Source of the DNA: an uncultured Gemmataceae bacterium
GTDB lineage: Bacteria > Planctomycetota > Planctomycetia > Gemmatales > Gemmataceae
DNA: 64,000 nt
Assembly: GCA_963750165.1 (NCBI GenBank)
Contig: CAVVPN010000012.1
Coordinates: 1,184,001-1,248,000 of the forward strand
Direction: 5' to 3'
The position numbers were made by a program, and so were the translations under genes. A model generated the notes under the pieces. The model made no database searches. It saw nothing but the letters and a program-made list of their open reading frames with translations, and was not told the DNA's origin. The stretch's first letter is position 1. Each line of letters starts with the position of its first letter. Shown here piece after piece: positions 40,154-51,228 of this stretch.

Positions 40154-42501
40154 TTACTTCCCGCCGACCGCGCGCGCCGGCAGCCGGGTGAGGCATTCCT
40201 GCGCCTGCTGTCGCAGACGGGCGTCTTTCGTCTCTTTCGCAAACTCCGACAGCGCGCGCCGCGCCGCGACGGTGCCGATGCGTTCCAGGGTTTCGAGTGC
40301 CCGCAGATCGCGCAGCAGGTCCGTCGCGTTGTTCGGGGCTTTTGGCTCGCGGCGCAGTTGTTTCGTCAGGAAGGGGACAGCCTCCTTCGGGGATCCCGCG
40401 AGCAACTGTTGCGCCACAAAGGCGGGGCGCGCTCTCCCGGCAAGCTCGGCCCAGAGCGCCGGCAATGCCGCCGACTTGAGCGGGGCCGTCGGGTCCGGGA
40501 CGGCGAGCCGTTTCATGTCCCAGAGCAAGATGGCACCGTCGTCGCCGCCCGTCACGAGCAGCCGTTGGTCGGCGGTGAACACCAGGCCGCGCGCGCCGGA
40601 CTTCAAGAACCAACGCTCTTCCCCCGTCGCCAACTCCCAGAGGCGGATGCCGAGATAATGGCCGGTCACCAGCATCCGGCTGTCCGGGGAAAACGCCATG
40701 CCGTACATCACGTCGGAAATGCCGTTGCCAAGATTGTTGATGAAATTGAGCCGCAGGCGTTCCTTGCCTGTGGCCACGTCCCAGATGATGCAGTGGCGAC
40801 TGCACGCGGCGGCGAGCAGCCGGCCGTCCGGGGAGAAGCGCAGGGCCGAGGGGCTCACCAGCCACTTCCCTTCAAGCTTACGCACCGGATCCCGGGCGTT
40901 GCGGGGCCAGAGCAGGACCTGGCGGTGGTCGTTCACGGCCAGCAACTTGCCGTCGGGCGAAAACGCGAGCGCCACCTCTCGCTCGCGGAGCAACGCCCCC
41001 ATCGTCCCCAGCTGCTGCACGGGCGGCCTGGGCAACTCCTTGCGGGCGCGGCGGTCCCACAGTTGCAAGTGGATCGGCCGCGGCAGTTGGATGGCTTCCT
41101 TCTTCACGGCGCCCTTCACGCTCAACAGCGCCAGGGTGTTCCCGTCCGGTGACAGCTGCAAGTCGATGACCTCCCCGAAGCCCTCCAGCCGATCCAGTTC
41201 TCTGCCGGCGGCGTTCCAGATCCGCACCTTGCCGTCCTGGGTTGCCGACGCGATCAGTCGGCCGTCCGTCAGGAAGTCGCGCTTCCTCGGGAGTTCCTTG
41301 GCCGGTTCCAGTCGGTGAACGAGCCGGCGGTGGTCCAGGTCCCAGCAACAGATCGCACCGAAGCCCGCCGAGTACAGGGTCTTGCCGTCCGGGGAGAGGG
41401 CCAGGTCCGTGACCCGACCGAAATGCGTCGGGAACCACGGGCGCAGGTTGCGGCCCGTGGCGGCGTCGTACAGGCTGATCGAATCGCGGTAGAGCCCGGC
41501 GGCGATGCGCTTGCCGTCCAGGGAGAAGACGGGGTTGTATACCGTCGCGCCTGCCAGTTGCCCGCGTTGCTTGCCGGTGCGGGCGTCTAGCAGTCGGTCT
41601 CCTTTTCGGTCCGGCACCAGGAGTAGGTCGCTCGCGGGGGAGAACGCGCAGGAATCCGAACGCCACGGGAACCCGGTACAGTTCCTTCCCGCTCGTTAGA
41701 TCCATCACCAGAACGAAATTCCCCTTGCCATCCGGGACCGATCCCCTGACGGCCACAAGTCGGCCGTCAGGAGACAAGTTGGCTTCGGATAACTGGGTGT
41801 CCTTGATGGTGTGGCCGCGTTGTTTCTTCCCGGTGCTGCGCCTCCCACTGCTCCACCACGCAGGTGCCCTTCCCGAACCGCGCGGTGCTCAAAGTCTTGC
41901 CGTCCGCGGTGAACGCGAAGGACCAACAACTCGGGCCGACGGGCAAATCATACAGGTGCTTGCCGGTGGCGACTTCCCAGACGGCGACGTTCCCTGCCGA
42001 AGTGGCGAGCAACGTGCCGTCCGGTGAAAAGACGGCGGCAAAGGTTCCCCCGTTGGGGAGCCGAGTGACTTCCTTGTCGGTGGCCAATTCGCGGATCTGC
42101 GTGCCCGGCGCGTTGTTGGAGCGGTCGCGGAGCGCGACGGTTTTCCCGTCTGGCGAGAAATCAAAAAGTTCCAGTTCTTGGCCCTTCAGTTCGTACCTGC
42201 GCAGCGCCTTGCCGGTGGCGGCGTCACGCAGGTAGACCGTGTTCTCCATCCGTCCTCCGGCGAGCAGGGTCATGCCGTTCGCCAGGAAGCGAATCGGTCC
42301 ACCGATACGCCCGCCACTCCTCCCGAGTCGCGCCACCGCGCCCGCCGGCAACGGGTCGCCGTCGGTATCGACCGCCAGAGGCGCGGGCCCCGCCCCCTTG
42401 GTTGCGCCATCGCCTTGACCGGCGGCTCTTGCCGGCGTCGAGCCGACCCAGAACGTCAGTGCCAACAACCCTGAATAAAAGCTCAGAACGTGTGCGTTCA
42501 C
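40154..42501 (-). CDS. Exported WD40-repeat protein (several frameshifts at 41600-41830)
   Basis: AGGAGG RBS + GTG, signal peptide, DGDPLPAGAVARLG, many FSPDG and WD motifs spread over three frames. Confidence 0.8.
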
Positions 42502-42740
42502 GACCAACCTCCTGTGCTGTGCGTCGCCATCAAACCGCCGCGCTTCCCGCAACTCAGCTTACCCGGAAAAACGACGAAACGGGTGCCGTGTTTGTTGCCG
42601 CGCGGGTCGAACAGCCACGCCCGAAGCCCCTCCTGCCAGCAGTAAAAAATTTAATTTTACGGAAATCCGCCTCCGCGCCGTTCTCGTCGGAATGGTTCGT
42701 AAGCGGTTTCGATCTCATCTTTTTCATGTACGGAGGCCCC

Positions 42741-44144
42741 ATGACGCTTCTCACTCGTTGGCTGCTGGCGGCGCTATGCTGTGCGGCGCTCGCCGCCCCT
42801 GTCGTCCGCTCCGCAGCCCAGCAAGGCAAGCCGCAGCCCGACCCGACACACGGGTTGAAAATGCGCCTCATCGCCCGGCAGAGCACCTACGCCCTCGACC
42901 TGGGCGGCAAGTCAGAGGCGGAGTTCCGCAAGCTGCTCGACGCTATCGACCCATTCAAGAACACAGGTGTCGTTCCGCCCGGTCCCAGGGTGGACCTGGT
43001 GCTGGAGATCGCCAATACCAGCGACAAGGACGTGACCATCTGGATCGGCGGCGATGACACGGCGCTGCGTTTCGACCTCAAGGGCCCGGGGGCGGTCAGC
43101 AAACTGCTCACCTTCGCCACGACCGCGGACCTCAAATACTCCCGGCCCGTCGTCATCCCGGCCGGCAAGACCTACACGCAGCCGGTCACGAACCTGGGCT
43201 TCCCGCACCCGCGTGCCAACAGCATGTGGTACTGGACGCGCCCTGGCGAGTACACGCTGTCGGCGACCTGGCAGCTGGGCGGCTCCAAGACAACCGGCGG
43301 CGGCCCGGTGCTCATCGCCGCCCCGATCAAGTTGACAGTCACCGCCCCGATCGGCGCCAGGGCGGAAGACTACCTGACCCGGGACGGCCGGCTCAAGGAA
43401 CGCCTGGAGATTCAAGAATTGCAGGGCGGGATCGCGGGCTACTCCGGCGGCTACCGCGTGATCGACACGGACGGCACCTGGGGCACCGGCAGCCTGTTCC
43501 TGCGCGGTGGCGAAGAGCAGACGGAGCGTACGTTCCAGGCCAAGGGCAAGCTGACCGCCGCCCAGCTCCGACAGCTCGCGGAGGTACTCGCGCGGCACGA
43601 CCTCGCCGGCCTGAAGGACCACGGCCAGGTGGTAGTCAACCCGCGCACCCTCACGATCAAGTTCGGCAAGAAAACGGTCACGCTCCTCCCCGGCCAGGGC
43701 AAAGCGTCTGCCGAGAAAGACCGGGCCGTGCGCGCCCGCTATGCCGCCATCGACGCGGCGGTGCAGGCGGTGTGCCGGCAGCCCGCGGTTCGTGTGCTGG
43801 GCGTCGGGGTGAGCGGGATGCCGGGGATGCGCAAGGAGATCACCACGGATGCGGAATTGGCCAGGCTCTTTGATGAGAAGACCCGGGCGCTGCTACGCGG
43901 CCTGGTGGACTTCGGCCGGGAGAAACTGGTGTGGGTGACCTGGCAAGGATCGAGTTCCGGTGGGCTGGCCTTCCGCGTCCGGGAGGACAACGGCAAGGTC
44001 AAGGTGGCGATCTGGATCCACACGCCGAGCCCGGCCCTGACGGACCTGCGGATGCGCGGCCAGCTCATCGTCCTGCCGAAGGACGCGAATTGGGAGTACG
44101 GCAACGGCGAGCCCCTGCTGGGTAAGAGCGTTCGGAAGCCCTGA
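42741..44144 (+). CDS. Exported multi-domain hypothetical protein
   Basis: GGAGG RBS, signal peptide MTLLTRWLLAALCCAALAAP, long ORF with host-like codon usage. Confidence 0.75.
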   Translation: MTLLTRWLLAALCCAALAAPVVRSAAQQGKPQPDPTHGLKMRLIARQSTYALDLGGKSEAEFRKLLDAIDPFKNTGVVPPGPRVDLVLEIANTSDKDVTIWIGGDDTALRFDLKGPGAVSKLLTFATTADLKYSRPVVIPAGKTYTQPVTNLGFPHPRANSMWYWTRPGEYTLSATWQLGGSKTTGGGPVLIAAPIKLTVTAPIGARAEDYLTRDGRLKERLEIQELQGGIAGYSGGYRVIDTDGTWGTGSLFLRGGEEQTERTFQAKGKLTAAQLRQLAEVLARHDLAGLKDHGQVVVNPRTLTIKFGKKTVTLLPGQGKASAEKDRAVRARYAAIDAAVQAVCRQPAVRVLGVGVSGMPGMRKEITTDAELARLFDEKTRALLRGLVDFGREKLVWVTWQGSSSGGLAFRVREDNGKVKVAIWIHTPSPALTDLRMRGQLIVLPKDANWEYGNGEPLLGKSVRKP

Positions 44145-44152
44145 GCGGGTCT

Positions 44153-44320
44153 GAGCCGCGCACGGAGCGTACGCGCGGAGTAAGTGACTGTATTGGCGTC
44201 AAGGGCCTTGAATTCGCCGTGAGTCCTGATGGCCCTTGACGCCAATATAGTCACAAACGTCTCCTACGGAGATACCAGCGGGCGGCGGCTTACTCCGCGC
44301 GTACGCTCCGTGCGCGGCTC
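44153..44320. repeat. Nested inverted repeats (32-bp outer arms, 24-bp inner arms)
   Basis: 44153-44184 pairs perfectly with 44289-44320; 44184-44207 pairs with 44231-44254 with one G-T. Confidence 0.9.
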
Positions 44321-44383
44321 GGACGAGTCCTCTTGGTTGCCGAACGCGCTAAGCCGCAAGCGGCAGACAGAAGGGGTCGCGGA

Positions 44384-45066
44384 TCATTCCAGTAATTCCG
44401 CCAACTGGCCGATGCGGCGCGCGTCCGTCGAGGCCCGGCCACGCGGATCGAACAGCACCGCCCGCAGCCCCGCCGCCTGCGCCCCGAGGTAATCGTTGGC
44501 CCAGTCATCGCCGACCAGCAACATCCGCGGCGCCGGCACTCCGACCGTCGCCGTGAGCGCCGCGAAGAACTGCGGCGCCGGCTTGCGCCACCCCACCTCC
44601 GAACTGATGACGAAATGCTGCACGTCCGCCAGCGCCGGCAGTCCCGCCGCGACGCCACGCAGCCGCCGGTCAAAATTCGACGCCACGCCCACTTCCAGCC
44701 CGCGCCGTCAGTTCGCGCAGCACCGCCGCCGTCTCCGCCTCCACCCGCCACGCCGCCGCCTGCGCAAAATGCTCGTACAGGTCTGCGAAGCACGCTTCCC
44801 AATCCGGCACGTCGCCGAGTACCGCCGCGACAATCGCCCGCCAGCGCCGCCGCTCACGCTCCTCGTCGGTGCGCAGCCCTGCCGCCGCGTCCGCTGCCTC
44901 CTCCTGGGCGAACGCCGCCGCGAAGCGCGCGGATCACCGCCGGCGCTAACTGGCTGCCGTGTCGCCGGCCGATCTCGGCGTACGCCTGCGCCGCCGCCGG
45001 TTCGGGGTGAATCAGCGTGCCCACCGCGTCGAAGAACACCGCGTCCACATCCGCCAACCAGCGCAT
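44384..45066 (-). CDS. HAD-IA family hydrolase (frameshifted)
   Basis: FFDAVGTL, VASNFD, SSEVGWRKP and LVGDDWANDYLGA split across frames. Confidence 0.85.
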
Positions 45067-45328
45067 CAAACGTTCTCCCGGGTGAGGGTTGTGCCGGCAG
45101 GACGGCGGTCCCGCGGTGGCTGATTTCGTTCAACCCGGCACCAAGATTGCTACTTTCAGAGGTTGTTTCTGGAGCGGCCCCGTCCCGGAGCGTCGGGGAT
45201 TGGTGTGAACAATCGTATCTAAAGGTTTGGAGAATCCAACTTTTCGTGGCATAATGGTAAAGAGCCCGATTTGCCATTCGGCCTTTCCCGTCTGTCAGGG
45301 CCCGGTCGCCCGGAACCGAGGTGGCTTC

Positions 45329-45790
45329 ATGACATCCCTCTCCGAACTTTCGCCCCCGGTCAACAACGGCTCGTCCGGCGCCGAGCCGTCCGCCTGGTGC
45401 TGGCAAACGCTCTTTGTCGCGGCCGAGGTCCATGCGGTCGCCGCCGCCGTCGAGGGCGCCATGACCGCTGCGGCCTTTACCGACCGCGACCGCTTCAGCA
45501 TCCGCCTGGCTCTGGAGGAGGGCGTCGTCAACGCCATCAAGCACGGCCACGGCGGCGACACCAGCAAGCCTGTGCGCGTCGGCTTCGCGGTGCTGCCGCA
45601 CGAGGTGCAGATCCAGATCGAGGATCAGGGCAACGGCTTCAATCCGGACGACCTGCCCGATCCGCTCGCCGACGAGAACCTGGAACGTTGCTGTGGCCGC
45701 GGCGTCTTCCTGATCCGCGCTTACGCGACGTGGGTGCGCTACAACGAGCGCGGCAACTGCGTGACGTTCTGCCGGCGGAAGTCAGGGTGA
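45329..45790 (+). CDS. Anti-sigma factor/serine kinase, RsbW-like (HATPase_c_2)
   Basis: LALEEGVVNAIKHG, IEDQGNGF, GRGVFLI. Confidence 0.9.
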   Translation: MTSLSELSPPVNNGSSGAEPSAWCWQTLFVAAEVHAVAAAVEGAMTAAAFTDRDRFSIRLALEEGVVNAIKHGHGGDTSKPVRVGFAVLPHEVQIQIEDQGNGFNPDDLPDPLADENLERCCGRGVFLIRAYATWVRYNERGNCVTFCRRKSG

Positions 45791-45848
45791 GGGGGTGAGG
45801 GGGTGAAAGACGGAAGTATCGCTCTTTCACCCCCTCACCCCCTCACCC
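45785..45848. terminator. Inverted repeat between convergent rsbW-like gene and serS (REP-like, possible bidirectional terminator)
   Basis: GGGTGAGGGGGTGAGGGGGTGAAAGA...TCTTTCACCCCCTCACCCCCTCACCC overlapping both stop codons. Confidence 0.6.
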
Positions 45849-47119
45849 GCGATCCGCTCCTTGCCGACCCACAGCCGCAGCACCTCCGGGATGACCACGC
45901 TGCCGTCGGCCTGCTGGCCGTTCTCCAGGACCGCCAGCAGCGCCCGCGACACGGCCACGGCAGTGCCGTTCAGCGTGTGGACGAAGCGCGTGTTCTTGAA
46001 GCCGGGGCCCTTGTAGCGGATTTTCAAGCGCCGGGCCTGGTAGTCGGTGCAGTTCGACGTGCTCGTCACTTCGCCGTAGTCGCCGCCGTTCCCGCGGCCC
46101 GGCATCCACGCCTCCAGGTCGTACTTGCGGTACGCCGGGCCGCCCAGGTCGCCGGTGCAGGTGTCGATGACGTGGTACGGCAGGCCCAGCCCCTGAAAAA
46201 TCTTCTCCTCGATGGCCAGCAGTTCCTGGTGAATCTGCTCACTCTGCTCCGGCGTGCAGAACACGAACATCTCGACCTTGGTGAACTGGTGGACGCGATA
46301 CAGGCCGCGCGTGTCGCGGCCGGGGGCGCCCGCCTCGGTGCGGAAGCAGTGCGACAGGCCGACGTATTTCTGCGGCAGCTGGCTTTCGTCAAGGGTCTTG
46401 TCGCGGTGCATGCCGCCGAGGGTGATCTCCGCCGTGGCGATCAGGCACAGGTTGGTGTTTTCCAGGCTGTAAATCTGCGTCTCCGGCCCGCGCGGAATGA
46501 AGCCGATGCCCTCCAGCACATCGACGCGGGCCACGTCCGGCGTGATGACCGGCGTGTAACCCTCGCGCAGCAGCGTCTGCATGGCGTACTGCACCAGCGC
46601 CAGTTCCAGCAGCACCGCCTCGTTCTTCAGGTAATAGAACTTCTGACCCGCGACCGACGAACCCGCCTCGAAGTCCACGAGGTCCAGCGCCTCGGCGAGG
46701 GCGACATGGTCCTTGACCGGGAAGTCGAACTTGCGCGGCTCACCCCAGGTCTTGATGACCTTGTTGCCGTTGGGGTCGGTGCTGACGGGCGCGTCCGGGT
46801 GCGTCATGTTGGGAATGAGAGCCAGCACAGCATCCCGGTCCGCCGTGACCTGGTTCTCCTGCGCCTCCAGTTCGGCGACCTTCGGCTTCAGGTCCTTGCC
46901 TTCCTGGATCAGCGCCTGCTTTTTGTCCTTATCTTTCTCGATCCTCACGAGGTTGGCGACCTCGTTCTGCCGCTGTTGCAGTAGCTGCTTCTGCTGCACG
47001 AGGTGCTTGCGCTGGTCGTCGAGTTGAACGACGCGATCGACGTCGGCATTGACGTTGCGGTTCTTGAGGTTGGCCTTGACGGCGTCAAGGTTGTCGCGGA
47101 TGAACTGTGCGTCCAGCAT
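45827..47119 (-). CDS. serS: Serine--tRNA ligase
   Basis: MLD..FIR, N-terminal coiled coil, IATAE, CFRTEAG..GRDTRGLYRVHQFTKVE, EVTSTSNCTDYQARR, HTLNGT. Confidence 0.97.
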   Translation of the reverse strand: MLDAQFIRDNLDAVKANLKNRNVNADVDRVVQLDDQRKHLVQQKQLLQQRQNEVANLVRIEKDKDKKQALIQEGKDLKPKVAELEAQENQVTADRDAVLALIPNMTHPDAPVSTDPNGNKVIKTWGEPRKFDFPVKDHVALAEALDLVDFEAGSSVAGQKFYYLKNEAVLLELALVQYAMQTLLREGYTPVITPDVARVDVLEGIGFIPRGPETQIYSLENTNLCLIATAEITLGGMHRDKTLDESQLPQKYVGLSHCFRTEAGAPGRDTRGLYRVHQFTKVEMFVFCTPEQSEQIHQELLAIEEKIFQGLGLPYHVIDTCTGDLGGPAYRKYDLEAWMPGRGNGGDYGEVTSTSNCTDYQARRLKIRYKGPGFKNTRFVHTLNGTAVAVSRALLAVLENGQQADGSVVIPEVLRLWVGKERIAGEGVRG

Positions 47120-47139
47120 GGGTAGCTTCCATAAAAAAC

Positions 47140-47321
47140 GATCCACAGATGACACAGCTAACACAGCTAAAGACAAATTAAGATGTCTTTAGCTGTGTTA
47201 TTACCGCCGCACGAAAGAAGGTCATACAGGCCCGAAGTACCAGTAGCCGAATCTCGTCTTTGGCTCGTCGTGCTTATGAGGATCTTTCCTGCCGGGGTAA
47301 TAGCTGTGTCATCTGTGGATC
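47140..47321. repeat. REP-like inverted repeat pair with inner hairpin
   Basis: GATCCACAGATGACACAGCTA (47140) pairs with TAGCTGTGTCATCTGTGGATC (ending 47321); inner TAACACAGCTAAAGACA/TGTCTTTAGCTGTGTTA. Confidence 0.85.
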
Positions 47322-47331
47322 CAAATCTTCC

Positions 47332-48477
47332 TCACGGCCGCTTCTCCAGCGGCACATACGGCACGTCGCGCTTGCCGACGTACACCTGCTCGGGCCGGAA
47401 GATGCGGTTGTTCTGCAGCTGCTCCAGCCAGTGCGACAGCCAGCCGGCCACGCGCGCGATGGCGAAGATCGGCGTGAACAGGTCGCGCGGGATGCCCAGC
47501 GACTGATAGACGATGCCGGAGTAGTAATCGACGTTCGGGTAGACGTTCTTGCCGCCCAGTGTCGGCTGCCCGGCGGCCAGGCGTTCCAGCTCCACGGCCA
47601 TCTCGTACTGCGGCGGCCGGCTCGTCTCGGCGAAGACGTGCTCGGCCAGTTCCTGCAGCACCGTGGCGCGCGGATCCTTGACCTTGTAGACGCGGTGGCC
47701 AAAGCCCATGACCTTCTTCTTGGTGGCGACGGCGTTCTCCAGCCACGGCCGCACGTTCTCCAGGGTGCCGATTTCGTCGAGCATTTGCAGCACTTCCTCG
47801 TTGGCGCCGCCGTGTAGCGGGCCGGTCAGGGTGCCGATGGCCGAGCTGACCACCGTGTACGGGTTGGCCAGCGTCGAGCCGGTGACACGACCGCTGAACG
47901 TCGAGGCGTTCATGGTGTGCTCGGCGTGCAGGATCAGACAGGCGTCGATGATCTTGCGCACGGCCGGCGTCGGCGTCTTCTCGAAGAGCATGTAATAGAA
48001 GTTGGAGGCGTGGTCGAGGTCGTCGCGCGGGTCGATGGCCTCGTCGCCGTGGCGGTAGCGGTGGAAGGCGGCGACGACAGTCGGCAGCTTGGTGATCAGG
48101 CGGACGACGGAGTCCCAGTTGCTCTGGGCGTTGGTCACGTCGCGCGACGGATAGAACATGCCCATGGCGGCGACGGCGGCCTGCAGCGCGTCCATGGGAT
48201 GGCCGGTCTCGGGCAGGCACTTGATGAGGTCCTTGAGCTTGTACTTGATACGGCGGTGGTGGCGGAGCTGGTCTTCAAAGTCGGCCAGCTGGCGCTGCGT
48301 GGGCAGATCGCCCTTGAGCAGCAGCCAGGCGGTTTCCTCGAAACAGCTCTCGCGGGCCAGGGTTTCCACCGCGACACCGCGATACTCCAGGCGGGCGCGC
48401 TTGCCGTCAATGAAGCTGATGGCGGACTCCGCCACGGGTACGTCGGCCAGGCCGGGCCGGATCTCGAGCTGACTCAT
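47332..48477 (-). CDS. gltA: Citrate synthase (or 2-methylcitrate synthase)
   Basis: LHAEHTMNAST, GPLHGGAN, MGFGHRVYK..DPR, YPNVDYYSG, FAIARVAGW. Confidence 0.9.
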   Translation of the reverse strand: MSQLEIRPGLADVPVAESAISFIDGKRARLEYRGVAVETLARESCFEETAWLLLKGDLPTQRQLADFEDQLRHHRRIKYKLKDLIKCLPETGHPMDALQAAVAAMGMFYPSRDVTNAQSNWDSVVRLITKLPTVVAAFHRYRHGDEAIDPRDDLDHASNFYYMLFEKTPTPAVRKIIDACLILHAEHTMNASTFSGRVTGSTLANPYTVVSSAIGTLTGPLHGGANEEVLQMLDEIGTLENVRPWLENAVATKKKVMGFGHRVYKVKDPRATVLQELAEHVFAETSRPPQYEMAVELERLAAGQPTLGGKNVYPNVDYYSGIVYQSLGIPRDLFTPIFAIARVAGWLSHWLEQLQNNRIFRPEQVYVGKRDVPYVPLEKRP

Positions 48478-48600
48478 GGTGCTCCCCGAAGAAACGTGAC
48501 GCATGCTGGGGCCCTCCCGACCGGCGTCGCCCCAACCGAGACGCCGCCAGAGGGTTGAGGATATTATCTCAACTCGCCCGGCAAAGAGCAAACGGCCGCG

Positions 48601-49295
48601 TCAGGAATCGACCAGAATCACGTGCAGTTCGCCCGGCCCATGCACCCCGGTGACCAGCCGCAGTTCGATGTCGCCCGTTTTGCTCGGCCCGGTGATGACC
48701 GTCAGGCACGCCGGCAGTCGATGCGGGTCGTCCTCCTCCGGGGCTGCGGGTTTGACCGCGGCGAACAGGTCGAACAGGTCGGGCAGCAACTGGGCGCGGG
48801 TGGCGACGGCGATGTGCATGGGCGGCAGCAGACTGACGGAGCGCGGGTCACCGGGGGCGGTGGCCACGACGACGCTGCCGGTCTCGGCGATGAGGTGGGC
48901 GACGCCACTGACGCCAACATCCGCGGCAAAGAACGGCTCGCGCAGGTGTCGGCGTCGTGGCTGGCCGTCTCGACGACAGGCAGGCCGAGCTTGCGCAGGC
49001 GTCCGGCGAGTTGCAGGGTGTCGAGGAAGTCGCCGCGGCCGAGGAGCACGCGCGGCTTGCCCTTGCTGCGCACGAGGTCCAGCACGGCGGCGGCTGCGGC
49101 GTCGCGGTCGCGGACGACGTGCGGGTGACCACCGGCGGTCTTGAGGGCGTCGCAGAAGGGGGCGATGGGGTCGAGGCCGGCGCCCTGGTAGCCGAGGTCG
49201 CCGCGCGGCGGCAGCGGCGGGGTGGCGCCGGCGCGGTTGCCGTCGGCAACCGCCTGGCGGACGCGCTGCAGGAAGGCGTCGCGGGGACTGGTCAT
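48601..49295 (-). CDS. LutC/YkgG family (LUD domain) protein (frameshift near 48940)
   Basis: RDAFLQRVRQA; ADVGVSG...IAETGSVV, SLLPP.HIA, ITGPSKTGDIE..LV.GVHGP. Confidence 0.88.
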
Positions 49296-49975
49296 GGCGC
49301 GCCCTTTGCCTTGGACGTTTCACTGGAAAGGGGGAACCAACCTTGCAGCACCGTTCTGAATTTAAGAAAGGCTGCATCCGCACAGCGGCTCAGGCTGACT
49401 TTTTCGGCGCGGGAACGGAAAATGGCCGAGGATTTCGGTTTCTTCGATCTCTTTAGGACAGCTTCCATTGCTTCTTTCGGCCGAGCCGGCTTCTGCTGGT
49501 CCTGGTCATTCGGGAATCCCTGTTCGATCAACCAGGTGCGAATGTCTTGGTCTTGGTCTTTCCATCCGAGTTCAGAAATGACATGGGGTGAATCGCTCCA
49601 GACCCAGATTTCCAACTCAGGATCAATCACCAGGACAGCTGCACGGCTGCTCCACCCGACCCTTGTCAGTTGATCCTCCACCTCTTGTTCGAGATCCTCA
49701 CGAGGCGTCTTTTCCTTTCCGCACCCCTCGCGGTCGAAAAGAACCAAAGCAAATCGGTGGGTTTTGTGATACAGCTTCAAAATACCATCGGACCGGGTCA
49801 GGCACCCCGGGTCGTGCTCAGGGTGCGTGATGATTTCATATTTCAGAGGACGAATGTTTAGGGCTTGATGACGGCCAAGTAGTCCCTCCACGGTGAAGCG
49901 CGTATCCTTGTCCGCGGCCAGCACGATCAGATCCTTTTGCGGAAGGGGAGCGGCCGGTGGTTTCTTTTTGCTCAT
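49292..49975 (-). CDS. TOPRIM-like/DUF4276-like partner protein, MAD4-like
   Basis: DLIVLAADKD, HPEHDPGC, LFDREGCG, IDPELEIWVW, KP.RPKEA; ATGA-coupled to the ATPase. Confidence 0.7.
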   Translation of the reverse strand: MSKKKPPAAPLPQKDLIVLAADKDTRFTVEGLLGRHQALNIRPLKYEIITHPEHDPGCLTRSDGILKLYHKTHRFALVLFDREGCGKEKTPREDLEQEVEDQLTRVGWSSRAAVLVIDPELEIWVWSDSPHVISELGWKDQDQDIRTWLIEQGFPNDQDQQKPARPKEAMEAVLKRSKKPKSSAIFRSRAEKVSLSRCADAAFLKFRTVLQGWFPLSSETSKAKGAP

Positions 49976-51228
49976 CCCAGCACTCCCGCCGCGAACAACA
50001 CGCCAAGGTTGGTTTCTCCTTTCCATTCTTGCAAGCGCGGATGATTACTTCCCAGGACAATGTCCGTAGCCCCTTCCTCATCCTTGGCAAAACAGAGTAA
50101 CTGATCTGCCTCCGCAACACTCAGGATCACTGGAGAGTGCGAAGCCAAGAGGATCTGGGCGTCGTACACTGAAGACAGAGATTGGAAGACCGTTTCAACG
50201 GCCTTCGGGTGAATGCCATTCTCAGGTTCTTCAATTAAATAAATCCCCCCAAGAGTCTTTTGCAAGTAGGCCGGCAGTGTTAATGCGAGCAAGCGTAAGG
50301 TGCCATCGGAAACCATCCACGAAGGGATTTTATACCCGCCACGGTATTCCACCAAGAGATACCGATGATTGTCTTCGGCCCGATGAACCACTTGAAGGTC
50401 AACCAGATCCGGTAGAGCCGTTTGCAGGTGTCCGATCCAGTCCTTGTACAGTGTCGGTTGTTTTTGCAACTGCTCAACCACCCAGGGGAGATTTGAACCA
50501 TCGGTCTTGAAGCCACGGCGCTGGTGAGGAGGACTCGGCCTGCGCATGAGTTGGCTGTTGAGCATGAAAGGTTGTACTCCCTCTGTCAACAGTTTCCGCA
50601 ACCAAGTAGAAATAGGAAACCGTGATTCGTCAGGGGGCAAATTCCCCAGAGCGGATTTGCGCGGCCCGAGTTGGAATGAGTGCGCCCAACTCTTCGACGT
50701 TTTTGTCCTCGTTTCAGGTGTGAAGTTGTCATTCCCTCCTGTTGATTTACTGACTACGGTCCGGGCACTTCGGATTGCATGGTGGAGGATCGTTTGAGGC
50801 GGTTCCGCTGGCTCAGGGAACATCAAACGCGGTTGGTGGTCTGTCTGCTGGCTCTGCAGCAAAAACACCCTTTCATACAAGATTTCCAGTTCAGAAGTTT
50901 CGGAAGCCGACCCTACGGCAACTTCGTACCGGGCCGTATCACGCCCTTCCTCTCCGAGTTTTTTCTGTAGCCCTTCTGGAATTTTTGCTTCGATTGCCAA
51001 TTCAAAACGAAATCCGGATCGCTTCCAGGTCAGGTCACGCAGGTTGGTCGATCTTTCGGTGACTGCGGCTTCAACTCCATCGGAGACCAGTCTACCGAGG
51101 AAAGCGATTACATCCAGGAAGGTGGATTTCCCGCTGGCATTTGGGCCGATGAGCACATGAAAAGGGTAAAGGGGCTGCCGGATGTAGCGCAAGCAGCGGT
51201 AGTTCCAGGCTTCGACCAAAGAAATCAT
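49972..51228 (-). CDS. ABC/AAA_21-type ATPase, MAD3-like
   Basis: NYRCL, GPNASGKST, signature VSDGTLR, Walker B LIEEPENGIHP, H-loop SHSP. Confidence 0.9.
   Translation of the reverse strand: MISLVEAWNYRCLRYIRQPLYPFHVLIGPNASGKSTFLDVIAFLGRLVSDGVEAAVTERSTNLRDLTWKRSGFRFELAIEAKIPEGLQKKLGEEGRDTARYEVAVGSASETSELEILYERVFLLQSQQTDHQPRLMFPEPAEPPQTILHHAIRSARTVVSKSTGGNDNFTPETRTKTSKSWAHSFQLGPRKSALGNLPPDESRFPISTWLRKLLTEGVQPFMLNSQLMRRPSPPHQRRGFKTDGSNLPWVVEQLQKQPTLYKDWIGHLQTALPDLVDLQVVHRAEDNHRYLLVEYRGGYKIPSWMVSDGTLRLLALTLPAYLQKTLGGIYLIEEPENGIHPKAVETVFQSLSSVYDAQILLASHSPVILSVAEADQLLCFAKDEEGATDIVLGSNHPRLQEWKGETNLGVLFAAGVLG

Noticed and set aside
45827..47119. Functional link between serS and the selenoprotein
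   Set aside because: SerRS does charge tRNA-Sec, but it is a universal gene about 34 kb away, so the proximity is uninformative.
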